IMG/VR virus record: IMGVR_UViG_3300035191_000049
Strand: one strand, 5' to 3'
Length of the DNA: 64,000 bases
DNA from: a virus
Under the pieces are notes generated by a model. That model was not told where the DNA came from, made no database searches, and saw only the letters and a list, made by a program, of their open reading frames with translations. This document shows, one piece after another, positions 19,134 through 29,454 of the stretch (the first letter of the stretch is position 1; every line of letters starts with the position of its first letter). The translations under genes and the position numbers were made by a program.

Positions 19134-20120
19134 ATGGGATTTTTTGGTCCGAAACCTGCTTTCCCCTACGTCGAAGATACAGGCGTGAGGAATCCAGGTA
19201 TGAGATTAGCCCTACTACCACCACCCGAAGACCACGAAGATTATTTCCCTTTTTCCGATGCAACCTACGACCGCATCAAGGAAGACTGGGGGCAAATAAA
19301 CTGGGAAATCGGATCCCGGCTCCGTGATCTCACAGAAAAAAAAGCCAAAAGGCTCAAGAAAAAAGCCAAAGGGCTCGACATTCGAACAGCACCCTTCGAG
19401 GCCATCGACGTTAAAAAGGATTTTATCGCCTGCGGAGGCCAGGGCTGCGTCTATCACGCAATGGGGCATGACTCGGGATACGTCGCCAAGATTACGAAGT
19501 CTGTCCCTGAGGTGCTCGCCTGGCGCTTTATCTCGATGGATAAAGATCTCTACCAACATCCAGGAATTTCCATCCCTCGCTTCATCATCGAGCGCAACTA
19601 TGAGGACGACGAGGATATCCCAGAGGACGAGCAAAGAATCTTCATCATCGGTCGCGAAGACATTTTGCCGATTGAGGATGAGAAGCTAGAAGAGGTTTTT
19701 CCGGACATTTCCGGAAATGTCCGGGAGCTGAAAGAGGCTCTCGCCCCCGTAGAGTACTGGTCCAAGGTCTACAACGAAGACATCGTCGAGCTGGCCGAGC
19801 GCTGCTCCTACAAGAGAATCATGGACGAAATTCCTCGGCTTCAGCAAACAGAGCAGCACCTCATCAACGCCATCACCAACCTCCGTTCTGTGCCAGGGGC
19901 AAAGAAGCTCGGCGACTTCATCCTCCAGTGCCTGAACAAGGGGCTTCTGCTCTCGGACCTAGAGGGACGCAACGTTGGCGTGCGCATCGTCTCGCGGGGA
20001 AAGAAGCTTCCTCCAAAGCATCGTTTCGTTCTCTACGACTTCCTGAGCGCCACTCCTGAAGAGCACCTCGATTCCAACCCCTCGGAACCATTGCTCCTTC
20101 CAGACTGGGCGATGAGCTGA
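19134..20120 (+). CDS. protein kinase-like protein
   Basis: glycine loop + lysine 'CGGQGCVYHA...YVAKI' and catalytic-loop-like 'LLSDLEGRNVGV'. Confidence 0.35.
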   Translation: MGFFGPKPAFPYVEDTGVRNPGMRLALLPPPEDHEDYFPFSDATYDRIKEDWGQINWEIGSRLRDLTEKKAKRLKKKAKGLDIRTAPFEAIDVKKDFIACGGQGCVYHAMGHDSGYVAKITKSVPEVLAWRFISMDKDLYQHPGISIPRFIIERNYEDDEDIPEDEQRIFIIGREDILPIEDEKLEEVFPDISGNVRELKEALAPVEYWSKVYNEDIVELAERCSYKRIMDEIPRLQQTEQHLINAITNLRSVPGAKKLGDFILQCLNKGLLLSDLEGRNVGVRIVSRGKKLPPKHRFVLYDFLSATPEEHLDSNPSEPLLLPDWAMS

Positions 20121-20177
20121 GGGTAATAGACCCCGAATCACCCTCTTTTTTACATTCTCTTCTGTTAAACTAATAGC

Positions 20178-20414
20178 ATGGCACGCTACATCCTTTATGG
20201 ATACGAGGGTAATCATTGGACTATTCGCGCGAAGGCGCTTTTAAAAACGGCCAACATCGCCTTCGATTTCGAGCCGGTAATAGGAGAAGTACACCCCGAC
20301 GGACGACACCCCCTTGGCATCAAGAAGGTTCCAGCAATCCGTCTAAAAGAAAGCCCCGCGATCCCCATCGCTGATGGAATCGAAGAGATCGAGGGTTGGT
20401 TGAAGAAAAGCTAA
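20178..20414 (+). CDS. glutaredoxin/NrdH-like fold protein lacking CxxC
   Basis: 'ILYGYEGNHWTIRAKALL' resembles Grx N-terminus but redox cysteines absent. Confidence 0.3.
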   Translation: MARYILYGYEGNHWTIRAKALLKTANIAFDFEPVIGEVHPDGRHPLGIKKVPAIRLKESPAIPIADGIEEIEGWLKKS

Positions 20415-20491
20415 CAAGGAGTATCGGCACAAAAACAAACAACATTCTGAATGACTGATTCTCTGATAAAGTAATTCTCACGGAGGATCGC

Positions 20492-21022
20492 ATGGGGCTG
20501 CTTGATCTTTTCTTCGGGCGCGGCAAGGACCGCTGGTTTCGAGGCAGCGGCTACACCAGCCGCGCCAACTTCGCCGATTGGCTTCGGTGGCTCGATAAAA
20601 ACACCGAAGAAAAGCTTGACCAGATGAGACCCAAGCAGCGAAAACTTCACCAGAAGCTAATCGGTGTGCTTCTGCGCGCCAAGGGGCACCACGTTCTCAT
20701 TCCTCCCGGTGGAGAGCCTGACATCGAGGCGATCGCCAACTACGGTTTTTTCGTTGAGTTACCCCCGAATCGTATGCTCCTTGTCCCAGGTGAGCCCTCG
20801 AACTGCCATGGAAACGCAGCTCGCGTTTGGGAGACAGACCCGGATCGCTACAGCATCATGACCGGCTACGCCCTGAGCAGAGATGGTCTCTGGCGTCAGC
20901 ACTCCTGGACAATGGACAACATCGACGAACAGCTCGTAGACTCGCATGAACGGAGGCTACTCTATTTCGGCGTTGAAATTCCAGAGAACGCGGCCCCTCA
21001 CTGGCACAAACAGTACGCCTGA
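20492..21022 (+). CDS. hypothetical protein
   Basis: GGAGG RBS. Confidence 0.45.
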   Translation: MGLLDLFFGRGKDRWFRGSGYTSRANFADWLRWLDKNTEEKLDQMRPKQRKLHQKLIGVLLRAKGHHVLIPPGGEPDIEAIANYGFFVELPPNRMLLVPGEPSNCHGNAARVWETDPDRYSIMTGYALSRDGLWRQHSWTMDNIDEQLVDSHERRLLYFGVEIPENAAPHWHKQYA

Positions 21023-21025
21023 CCC

Positions 21026-21883
21026 ATGGAACAAAGAATCCTGACGACGGTCCTTCATCACCCAGCGAGGACACGCAAGTGCCTCACTAACACTCTCGAC
21101 AGCCTCAATCACGCGTCGATGCTTCAGCATCACGTTGAAGTGATCATTCAAGGGCCACTAAGGCAGTGGATACGTCCACCGAATCCAAGGCAATTCCCGA
21201 AGCTACACCTCACCTACGTACAGCTTCAGGAAAACGTCGGCGTTGCACCCGCTTGCCAAATAACCTTGTCCCGCTTCGAAAAAGAGCGTTTCGACTTCTG
21301 GGCAAAGATCGACGATGACATCACCTTCGAAGAGGGCGCCTTTGACGCACTGATGCGCTGCTTCGAGCGCGAGCAGGTGTCCAACCAGCACAACGTCGGA
21401 TACGCCATGCTCGCCCCGCCCGGAATGCGCCCCTTTCTCTGGTGGGCCAACAAAGACAGCAATGGAGCCCCAAGCCTGGTCAAAGCCGTTGGGCACCACG
21501 CCCACCGACGGATACCCGAAGGACCCGAATGGTTCGTTTGCGATGTCACTGAAGTTGGCTGCACCATATTCAAACGCGAACTGATTATGAAATGCCGCCC
21601 AGACCCTCATTATCGCTACGGAATGGACAACTTCGACCTAATGTGGCAGGCAACCAAGGCAGGTTTCAAGTCCGTCCTCTGCACCGACCCCGGATGTTAC
21701 AGCAGCGGCGCGGGAGAGTGCGACACTCCCGACTACATCAACGAGTGCCGACCGGCTTTTCCTCCCGACCTCTACCGAGAGTACTTTCGTCAGAAGTGGG
21801 GCGTCGATATACCCGAGATAAACAGAGCCTGCCCCGCTTCCCTCGTCCGAAAATTCAAGGCCACCCCAAAACATATCAGGTGA
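21026..21883 (+). CDS. glycosyltransferase-like protein (DxD)
   Basis: 'KIDDDITFEEGAF' DxD-like motif. Confidence 0.35.
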   Translation: MEQRILTTVLHHPARTRKCLTNTLDSLNHASMLQHHVEVIIQGPLRQWIRPPNPRQFPKLHLTYVQLQENVGVAPACQITLSRFEKERFDFWAKIDDDITFEEGAFDALMRCFEREQVSNQHNVGYAMLAPPGMRPFLWWANKDSNGAPSLVKAVGHHAHRRIPEGPEWFVCDVTEVGCTIFKRELIMKCRPDPHYRYGMDNFDLMWQATKAGFKSVLCTDPGCYSSGAGECDTPDYINECRPAFPPDLYREYFRQKWGVDIPEINRACPASLVRKFKATPKHIR

Positions 21884-21912
21884 TTCCACCTTGACAGGTC
21901 AGAGTCGCTTGG

Positions 21913-21924
21913 GTAGCATATGCT
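21913..21924. promoter_or_regulatory. perfect palindrome TAGCATATGCTA
   Basis: intergenic. Confidence 0.5.
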
Positions 21925-22022
21925 ACACGCTCGAATGCCCAGGGTCGCGCGTCGGACGAGGATCCCCATAAATCCACAACCGTTGCGTGACCCTTGGGCG
22001 TTCGGGATTTTTTGAGGGGAAT

Positions 22023-22967
22023 ATGCCGTTTCGCACACCTGCTGAAGTCGATGTGCCAGTCCCCAAGGTTTTGAGGCGCTCTATCGGAAAGTACTCAGGC
22101 CCCGTCATCCGAGGAACCGTCCCCGCCTTCGATTCCATCCCCACGATGGGCGATACACACCTCGACCGGGCCTTCTGGCTGACGACGATGGTTGAGAGCG
22201 GAGGCAAGGCGGGCTCGGTCATGATGGCCGACGGAACAGCCGTCACCGCCGCTCTGGAGCAGCTCGTTGCAGTCTACCCGCGCCAGATGTCGCAACAGGG
22301 GACGCTGTTCAAGATGCTCCGACGCCTCGACTTCGTTGTTCCTGTGCCCTATTACCTTCCATTCGAGGACGAAGGCTGGTTCTTGGGCGACGACGGGGTG
22401 CTCCGCATCATCGAGACGGGCAAGGCTGTTACGACCAAGACCATTCGAGACACCTTCACTCCAATGGGAGGACAGGTTCCGGCCCGCGGCAAGCAGTGGA
22501 ACCAAGCGAAGAAGTGGGCAATCGCCTTCCACCAACTCTTCGCGATGCCCATGACCATCCCCATCCAAATCAAGTACGGCCACGAACAGCTCATCAAGTT
22601 CGGCCAGCGGCACCGAAGCAGGAAGATGGATCGACAGACCGTCGAGGAGCTGGCATACCGCGGCGAGATCAACAACCCTAACCCATTCCCTGACAACCCC
22701 ATCAATGATCTCGCAATGGCCATGTGGTGGAACTACAAGGTCAATGCGCCATCGCCGGCCATGACGCGACTAAAGAAGGTAGCGGACCAAGCGAACCCGA
22801 AAGGAACGGTGTTTGGAGAGCTGCTCATCAAAGAGCTGCGCACCGCCAACTACGGCCGGTGGGCCACCAACCGCTACGATCGCTCTCGCCAGCACGCCAT
22901 TGAGGTCTGGCCAAAAGAGCTTTTCGAGGGACCTACGGCCGTTATGCCGGAACGCCGAAAGAAGTAA
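22023..22967 (+). CDS. hypothetical protein
   Basis: GAGGGG RBS before internal ATG; upstream TAGCATATGCTA palindrome. Confidence 0.45.
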   Translation: MPFRTPAEVDVPVPKVLRRSIGKYSGPVIRGTVPAFDSIPTMGDTHLDRAFWLTTMVESGGKAGSVMMADGTAVTAALEQLVAVYPRQMSQQGTLFKMLRRLDFVVPVPYYLPFEDEGWFLGDDGVLRIIETGKAVTTKTIRDTFTPMGGQVPARGKQWNQAKKWAIAFHQLFAMPMTIPIQIKYGHEQLIKFGQRHRSRKMDRQTVEELAYRGEINNPNPFPDNPINDLAMAMWWNYKVNAPSPAMTRLKKVADQANPKGTVFGELLIKELRTANYGRWATNRYDRSRQHAIEVWPKELFEGPTAVMPERRKK

Positions 22968-23299
22968 TGGACGACAAGGAACAGATCGGATTCGAGTTTG
23001 GGGAGCGTAAGCTCAAGCAGCTCAGCGGCCAAGAGCTTGAAGAAGCCTTCGCCAAGTTCCACAAAGAGAACCCTCGCGTTTGGCGTCTCTTCAGGGAAGA
23101 GACGCTAGAAGCAATTAACCGGGGCGAAGCCAAGCTCCGGGCTCACAACATCATGAAGCGCGTGTCACAGAAGGCATACGTCGACTACCGGTTCACGCGC
23201 CTCTACCAAGACCTGTTCACAGGAAACCACCAGGAATTGGCTCAAGTATTCGCCGAGGAGAACTATGGAGACGAGACACAAGGGGCTCCACAGGTATAG
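22967..23299 (+). CDS. hypothetical protein
   Basis: TAATG coupling. Confidence 0.45.
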   Translation: MDDKEQIGFEFGERKLKQLSGQELEEAFAKFHKENPRVWRLFREETLEAINRGEAKLRAHNIMKRVSQKAYVDYRFTRLYQDLFTGNHQELAQVFAEENYGDETQGAPQV

Positions 23300-23531
23300 G
23301 TTCGGGGACAACCCTCTCGAAAAGAAATTCGCGGACGAATGGCAACGCCGCAACGGTGGCCGAGGCGTCCTCGATTACCTGCTCGCCAAAGACAACAACC
23401 GTCCTGCTGGCGAAGTGTCTGACCGCGACGCGGAGGTGGCAGCAACCGTGATCCAGTGGCTGGGCTCACACGTTGGTCGTTGCTTCCTGGACGACGTCCT
23501 GGGGACGAAGTTAGTAGACAAGCACGGCTGA
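23265..23531 (+). CDS. hypothetical protein
   Basis: GAGGAG RBS; 35-nt overlap with upstream gene. Confidence 0.4.
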   Translation: METRHKGLHRYRFGDNPLEKKFADEWQRRNGGRGVLDYLLAKDNNRPAGEVSDRDAEVAATVIQWLGSHVGRCFLDDVLGTKLVDKHG

Positions 23532-23557
23532 CGCTCACAAATCCGAAGGGGACACCT

Positions 23558-23986
23558 ATGCCAAAGGACCAGATGGACTTATTTGGACATGGACCGGCGA
23601 AGGTCTCAGAAGCGGAGCAACAGGACCGCATCGTCGAGGAGGAGATCGAGCGCGACGAGGCTCTCGAAAAACTTGAGGAGCACCGAGGAGAGCTTGTCGC
23701 CGAGGCGTTCAAGCTCGCTCACGCCATCATGCACGGAACCGTCACCTCGACTATAGTCTTCCAGCTCATGCGCCAGTTCCCCGAGCTGGCCGAGAAGCTC
23801 GATGACGTCGACCCGCGCTTCATGGGAGTCGTCTTCCGCAAGAAGGGCTGGGAAGAGGTCGGCATGATCAAAAGCGGCTCGCACGGGCGCCGAGTTCCCA
23901 TCTGGAAGTGGACCGGCCCTCTGCCCATAAAGAACGATTCCGTGACGCTCCCCAAGGGGGCCGAGCAGTCGAAGTCCACGGACTAA
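23558..23986 (+). CDS. hypothetical protein
   Basis: GAAGGGGA RBS before MPKDQ. Confidence 0.4.
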   Translation: MPKDQMDLFGHGPAKVSEAEQQDRIVEEEIERDEALEKLEEHRGELVAEAFKLAHAIMHGTVTSTIVFQLMRQFPELAEKLDDVDPRFMGVVFRKKGWEEVGMIKSGSHGRRVPIWKWTGPLPIKNDSVTLPKGAEQSKSTD

Positions 23987-24003
23987 GCGAGTACAATTAC
24001 GCG

Positions 24004-24357
24004 ATGCAAGCTCCTTTGATAACAGAAGAGGGTGCTACTTGCCCGATGCCAAGGAAGTGGCGGCTCGTCCCTCTCAAGCAAGGACAAGTGGTGCCGCGCT
24101 CTGACAGTCCAAAATGGACTGAATGGTCTAAGCCCCTGTGGAACTATCTCCGCCATCCGCGCACCTGGAAAGATCTGAAGGCGTGGACCGCAATTAACAA
24201 CATCGGAAGATCCATTACCAGGCAGATGCTTGCATGGCTCGAAGACCGATCACTGGCCCACTACGACGTCGCGACGAAGACGTGGGTCGCACAAGGACAA
24301 TTTTATGCCCAGCCTCGAACCCAAAAGCCTCCGCGTCTACGTTATAGGGACGCTTAA
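24004..24357 (+). CDS. hypothetical protein
   Basis: internal ATG of track ORF. Confidence 0.3.
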   Translation: MQAPLITEEGATCPMPRKWRLVPLKQGQVVPRSDSPKWTEWSKPLWNYLRHPRTWKDLKAWTAINNIGRSITRQMLAWLEDRSLAHYDVATKTWVAQGQFYAQPRTQKPPRLRYRDA

Positions 24358-24745
24358 GAGAAAAGACCTTGCTGAGCAGGTCATGAGTGCCCTGCGCAGG
24401 GAGGGTTACACGATCACCTTTGACTGGGTTGAAGAAAACAAAGAAGAGGAAGACGCCACTTTCGACAAGCTCGCACAACTTACAGTCAAGCCCATAGAAG
24501 GCGCTGTTACCGCTGACGTCTGTATCCTCCTGATGGCCAAGGGAATGGGAGGACGAGGCTCCTTCGTCGACCTGGGCGCCGCCATCAGCCACAACAAGCC
24601 GGTCATCGTTATCGAGTATGACGAGGTTCTCGAACACTTTTTCGTCAACAACCCAGCCGTTATGCGAGTGCGTTCCATCATTGGAATGCTTTACTGGCTC
24701 AGACACCTAAGGTGCTCTCTGGGCCTAGAAAAAATAGAGGATTAA
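24305..24745 (+). CDS. hypothetical protein (possible nucleoside 2-deoxyribosyltransferase-like Rossmann fold)
   Basis: 'RVYVIG...GY.I.FDW' pattern; weak. Confidence 0.3.
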   Translation: MPSLEPKSLRVYVIGTLKRKDLAEQVMSALRREGYTITFDWVEENKEEEDATFDKLAQLTVKPIEGAVTADVCILLMAKGMGGRGSFVDLGAAISHNKPVIVIEYDEVLEHFFVNNPAVMRVRSIIGMLYWLRHLRCSLGLEKIED

Positions 24746-24876
24746 ATGCCAATGCCCCCGTCAGGATGGTTTGATCTCCGCAACTGGGCGCTTTCCTTCC
24801 CAGGTTGCCTTTTTGTCCCAGCCATCGTGGGTGGACTCATCGTAAACGAAATACACAGACGACTTGGATGGTTCTG

Positions 24877-25326
24877 ATGATTTACGAAATCAGCAACCCG
24901 AGTGACCCCATCACCATCGAGTACGACGACGAAAAAGTCGCCATCGCCGCCATTCTCTATCTTGGCAGAGGCAAGCTCGGTCTCACCGACGAAGAAGGAA
25001 GAGATGTTCTCCCAGTCTTTTTGCTCGCCGGTGATGACTATATCGAGCAATGGATGAAGGAGAAAGGCATCGTCGACGACTTCGTAACGGAGAACAAAGC
25101 CAAGATCGCTGACTGCCTCGACACAGCCGTTGTCGGTGGCATCATGGATCGCAAAGGCATCATCGCCGCCATCAGCAAGGAAGAGGACTACCGCGGTGCC
25201 ATCGAGCGCTGGAACGACGTTCAGCGCACCAGCCTCAACGACATTGCAGGAGCTGCCTTTGAGATGGCTGACGCCATCCGTCGCGGCATGAAGAAGGAAG
25301 AGGGGGCGGAGGATGTCGCGACCTGA
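24877..25326 (+). CDS. hypothetical protein
   Basis: ORF. Confidence 0.4.
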   Translation: MIYEISNPSDPITIEYDDEKVAIAAILYLGRGKLGLTDEEGRDVLPVFLLAGDDYIEQWMKEKGIVDDFVTENKAKIADCLDTAVVGGIMDRKGIIAAISKEEDYRGAIERWNDVQRTSLNDIAGAAFEMADAIRRGMKKEEGAEDVAT

Positions 25327-25561
25327 GTCCGGAGCAATCCGCTTTGGCGACGACTGGCCCGGTCTTTTTCTCCGAGGCGATGACGCCGTCGGCTACGGAT
25401 CCACACTGAGCAGCGCCCTGTCGGCTATTCGAGCAGGAGACGACCCAGGTGTCATTTTCCTTCTGGAACTGGAAGAGCTTCGAGACCTCCTTCTCAGCGT
25501 CGACGAGAGAGAGGAGACAGAAGCCTTGCAACTGAGGTCGATCGATGACTGCACACAATGA
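25313..25561 (+). CDS. hypothetical protein
   Basis: ORF overlapping neighbours. Confidence 0.35.
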   Translation: MSRPESGAIRFGDDWPGLFLRGDDAVGYGSTLSSALSAIRAGDDPGVIFLLELEELRDLLLSVDEREETEALQLRSIDDCTQ

Positions 25562-25766
25562 CGCAGTAGAGATCTACACCGTGTACTACAACCCCCTGGA
25601 CTACCCGGGGCTCTATGTCGTGCGCCGATGGCTGAACGACAAACCGACAAACGACGTTCACACCGCGAAAACACTTGAAGAAATTCGCGCCTTCATTCCG
25701 CAAGACAAGGTGTATCTTGACCGCATGCCTGGCGACGATCCGGTCATCGTCGAGACATGGCTCTAA
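25545..25766 (+). CDS. hypothetical protein
   Basis: ORF. Confidence 0.4.
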   Translation: MTAHNDAVEIYTVYYNPLDYPGLYVVRRWLNDKPTNDVHTAKTLEEIRAFIPQDKVYLDRMPGDDPVIVETWL

Positions 25767-25786
25767 CACTGCCCGAAGGAGAACCG

Positions 25787-26584
25787 ATGTATTACCTCGT
25801 TATGGACCTTGAGACTGCTCCGAACAAGGACATAGACTGGGCGCCACCAGAGGACGACCCAAAGGCATTCCCCCCAATTCCATGCCACCGAATTGTGTGC
25901 AACGCTGGACTTCTCATCGAGCTGAGCAAAGAGTACAACAGGTGCAAGTGGATCGGCACCTTCGGCGACCCCGGCAACGAACGCTCGGCCATTACAGATT
26001 TCATTGAGCAAATCCGCGAGTACCGGCCTTCTGTGGTCACCTTCAACGGTCGCAACTTCGATATGGCGCTCATCATGTATCGCGCCATGCACTACGGAAT
26101 CCCTTTCCCGGAGCACTTCAACGACGACTTTGCTTACCGCTACAAGTGGAATCGACACATCGACCTCTCTGACAAGCTCACTGGCCACGGGGCATCTTGG
26201 CGAGCCAAGCTTGACTACTACGCCCAGCTCATCGGCTTGCCTGGAAAGTTCGACGTTGCCGGCGACGACGTTTTCGAGCTGGTCGAAAAGGGTGAGCTGG
26301 AGACGGTCTATTCCTACGGCCAATGCGATGTCATACAGGAAGCATACGTTCTTCTGCGTCTCATGCACGTAATGGGAAAGATCGCCACCGTTACTCACAA
26401 CAACCTGCTACACAGCATCAAAAGCAAGGCGCTCGCCAAGAACGACGCCATGATCACCAAACTTATCGAATCGATCGACTGGTCTGTACTAGAGATTGAA
26501 TTCGAGAAGAAGCAACCAGAAGGACAAGGAGCCCTATTCGGAGAGGAAAAAGAAGAGGAAAGCGATCCCGATATTCCGTTCTAA
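25787..26584 (+). CDS. 3'-5' exonuclease (DnaQ-like/RNase H-like fold)
   Basis: Exo I 'YLVMDLETAP', Exo II 'VTFNGRNFDM'; AAGGAG RBS. Confidence 0.6.
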   Translation: MYYLVMDLETAPNKDIDWAPPEDDPKAFPPIPCHRIVCNAGLLIELSKEYNRCKWIGTFGDPGNERSAITDFIEQIREYRPSVVTFNGRNFDMALIMYRAMHYGIPFPEHFNDDFAYRYKWNRHIDLSDKLTGHGASWRAKLDYYAQLIGLPGKFDVAGDDVFELVEKGELETVYSYGQCDVIQEAYVLLRLMHVMGKIATVTHNNLLHSIKSKALAKNDAMITKLIESIDWSVLEIEFEKKQPEGQGALFGEEKEEESDPDIPF

Positions 26585-26600
26585 ACCAACAGGAATTCCA

Positions 26601-27068
26601 ATGAACGACCAAAACAATCAGCCACAAACCAGCCGCCCCCACATCGACTACTGGCGGAAAATTCGCACCGTGTGCCGCGTAGAGCGTGACATCAACCGTG
26701 TGCCTCTGCTGGTAGAGGTCACCATCGAGCGCCCCGTATTTGTCGGCGGCGACGAAGGCTTCTTCCGAATCAACGCCACCCTCAAGATCGACAAGCATTA
26801 TATCCGACTGTCCACCCGCGCCTTCAGAGAGCTGCTCGATATAGTGCACGACTACAGGAGCGATTTTCTCGAAGCATTCGACGAGGTTCGCGACAGGAAT
26901 GCCACCTTCAAGCGGGATCAGGAGAAGAGCGAGTCCAGCAATGGCGAGGCCCGCAAGGAGCGCCAGGAGAGACCGCCCTACCGCAACAGAAGCAGCGGCG
27001 GGCGGGGACGACCTCCCCAGCGGCGCCGGAAACGACGTTCCTACCAGGGAGACAGTGGCCAAACATGA
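26601..27068 (+). CDS. hypothetical protein with RG/RR-rich tail
   Basis: ORF. Confidence 0.4.
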   Translation: MNDQNNQPQTSRPHIDYWRKIRTVCRVERDINRVPLLVEVTIERPVFVGGDEGFFRINATLKIDKHYIRLSTRAFRELLDIVHDYRSDFLEAFDEVRDRNATFKRDQEKSESSNGEARKERQERPPYRNRSSGGRGRPPQRRRKRRSYQGDSGQT

Positions 27069-27355
27069 AAGAGCTTCGCAGGAAGACCGAGGAAGAGGTC
27101 GCGGAAATACGGCGCCAACTCAAAGACATGGGGCCGGTCCTCACTGCTGACGGCTTCGACACCTGCATCATCGGTTTTTGCTACACTCCGGGGCCTGGCG
27201 ACAGGATCGTATACTCCACGGATCTCATCATCGAGAAGTTAATCGAAGACGGATTAACCTTCGAGGAAGCCCACGAACACTTCGAGTTCAACATCGAGGG
27301 CGGCTATCATGGAGAGAAGACCCCCGTCTTCTTGAGATTCTTCCCAGACCTATGA
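27065..27355 (+). CDS. hypothetical protein
   Basis: ATGA coupling. Confidence 0.45.
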   Translation: MKELRRKTEEEVAEIRRQLKDMGPVLTADGFDTCIIGFCYTPGPGDRIVYSTDLIIEKLIEDGLTFEEAHEHFEFNIEGGYHGEKTPVFLRFFPDL

Positions 27356-28101
27356 GAGACCTACTCCTGAAAAGCCCCCAGCCTCGCCTCTACATGGCGA
27401 ACCCTGGCAATCTTGGGGACGCCCTCATTCGCCAGGGAACAATTCGATTTTTCAAAGACATCGGGCTCGTCTACGAGGAGATCACCAGACCGCCAAAGGA
27501 GGCGACGGGCACCTTTATCTTCGGCGGTGGCGGCGCTTGGTGCGCTAACTGGAACCATAGCCACTTCGTTAACGCCTCGGTGCCCAAGGCCAAGCAGGTT
27601 ATTGTGCTTCCGTCGACCTACGCCGTCCGCAGCCCTCTGTTCAATATCCCAAAAATCCACTTCTTTGCCCGCGACAACCGTGACAGCCTTCTCTACTGTC
27701 CTGACGCCACCTATCACCAAGACATGGCATTCCACCTCGCACCCGCTCTCAAGCCGCAAGAGGGCGATGGCGTCGGCCACTTCATGAGGACCGACAAGGA
27801 GAGCGCCAGACACTTCAAGATCCCCAAGGGAAATCGCGACATCAGCGTGTGGGGCGAGACCTACCACAACACGAGCCCCTTTATCGAAGCCATCAACAAA
27901 GTCCGCGAGGTTCACACTGACCGCTTGCACGTCGCAATTGTCGCGTGCATGCTGGGGAAACGGGTTGTCTTCTACGGGGGCAACTACTTCAAAAACAAGG
28001 CAATTTATCTCTCACGTATGAAGGGCCAGTTCGATGTCACATTTAGAGAGCATGATCGCGGCCAACCTTCTCACGGGGAAGCTACCTCAAGCAACAGGTG
28101 A
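27352..28101 (+). CDS. polysaccharide pyruvyl transferase-like protein
   Basis: 'NPGNLGD' N-terminal and 'TDRLHVAI' motifs typical of PF04230. Confidence 0.4.
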   Translation: MRDLLLKSPQPRLYMANPGNLGDALIRQGTIRFFKDIGLVYEEITRPPKEATGTFIFGGGGAWCANWNHSHFVNASVPKAKQVIVLPSTYAVRSPLFNIPKIHFFARDNRDSLLYCPDATYHQDMAFHLAPALKPQEGDGVGHFMRTDKESARHFKIPKGNRDISVWGETYHNTSPFIEAINKVREVHTDRLHVAIVACMLGKRVVFYGGNYFKNKAIYLSRMKGQFDVTFREHDRGQPSHGEATSSNR

Positions 28102-28921
28102 GGTCAGCGCTAAGTTTCTCAAAGGAGCAAGGAGGGCTATCGATACCTACAGAACCTGGGGTCTTCGAAGCAACGTTGATCTGTCCCGGTTTACCCCTGT
28201 AGTTCACGAGCAGGGCGGCGAGCGCGTAGCGACATTCTTCACCCTTGGCGTCGACTCCTTCTATACACTGATCACCCACTTGGACGAAATCGACGACCTC
28301 ATTTACGTCATCGGATTTGAGCGTCGGATAACAAAGAATGTTTTGGATGAGGTCACCAAAAAGATCCGGCTGGTCGCAGACCATTTCGGAAAGTCCCCAG
28401 TTATCGTCCACTCCAATCTTCGGGAGACACTGGACAAGCACGTCGCGTGGTACAAGTACGGCCACGGGCCTGCGCTGGCCTCTATCGGGCTCGCGAAGGA
28501 AGAAACTCACAAGAAGATCTACATCCCTGCCTCGAACACGATGACCTTCCCCCAGGAGTGCTCGACTCACCCGCACATCGACCCGCTATGGAGCACAGAG
28601 ACACTTGAATTTGTCCACGACGCTCCTATCACACGACCAGAAAAGCTCAGGGTCGTTGCTGAACTACCTTACGTGCGAAACCTCTTACGTGTCTGCTGGC
28701 AGGGGAACGCCTACAACTGTGGTAAGTGCGAGAAATGCGTCAGGACGATGCTTTCGCTCAACCTGCTCGGCTACAGCAGCGACGCTTTCGGCAAGCGCCC
28801 AAACCTTTCTCACATCAACCAACTAAGCCGCAGCGCCAAGGGCACTACCAATTGGGCTCTTTGGGCTCAGAACATTGCTGAAGCTGAAGATCTGCTGAAG
28901 GCGCTCAAGGGTCAGCTATAG
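28034..28921 (+). CDS. hypothetical protein
   Basis: ORF; CGKCEKC. Confidence 0.45.
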   Translation: MSHLESMIAANLLTGKLPQATGEVSAKFLKGARRAIDTYRTWGLRSNVDLSRFTPVVHEQGGERVATFFTLGVDSFYTLITHLDEIDDLIYVIGFERRITKNVLDEVTKKIRLVADHFGKSPVIVHSNLRETLDKHVAWYKYGHGPALASIGLAKEETHKKIYIPASNTMTFPQECSTHPHIDPLWSTETLEFVHDAPITRPEKLRVVAELPYVRNLLRVCWQGNAYNCGKCEKCVRTMLSLNLLGYSSDAFGKRPNLSHINQLSRSAKGTTNWALWAQNIAEAEDLLKALKGQL

Positions 28922-29454
28922 ACCCCTCTATTTGCATGCGGGAAAGGCTTTTTCGGGACCGGCTCCCCCAAGAACGAACAGACCTGGTCCCAGCCGTCAC
29001 CTTCCTCCCAGTTCACAACGAGTAAGTCCCCAGGACGATCAGAGAAGTACTTCTTCACCTCAGCGTTGTGTCTCTCAAAACGCGCGATGAGCTTCTCGTC
29101 TGTGGCTTCAGCGTAGGTGAACCCGTAAATCTCCCTCCGAGCCTTTTCCCGATCTCTCAATCTTGCAGCGGGCTGCTTGGACACTGCATTGTGATAGCTC
29201 CTGAGCCACCGGGCGCTATCACGAATCGTCAGGATGAATTTGCTTCCAGGGAAGCGCATATCCAGCTCCTTGTAATAGATAGCCCACGGCCAATCATCGA
29301 AACTATCAAAACGGCGAGCGATCGACATCGCCTGTTCAGGCCTTCCAAGCAGGCTCAGTTGGTGTCCATAGTGACGATATCCAAGAATCTTACAACATGC
29401 ACCCAGTGTCGTTGTTCCCGTTTTTGCCCAACCCACCCCCACAACCTTGTTCAC
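28912..29454 (-). CDS. sulfotransferase family protein
   Basis: PAPS 5'-phosphosulfate-binding-like 'GWAKTGTTTL' and 'TIRDSARWLRSYHN'. Confidence 0.5.
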   Translation of the reverse strand: MNKVVGVGWAKTGTTTLGACCKILGYRHYGHQLSLLGRPEQAMSIARRFDSFDDWPWAIYYKELDMRFPGSKFILTIRDSARWLRSYHNAVSKQPAARLRDREKARREIYGFTYAEATDEKLIARFERHNAEVKKYFSDRPGDLLVVNWEEGDGWDQVCSFLGEPVPKKPFPHANRGVYS

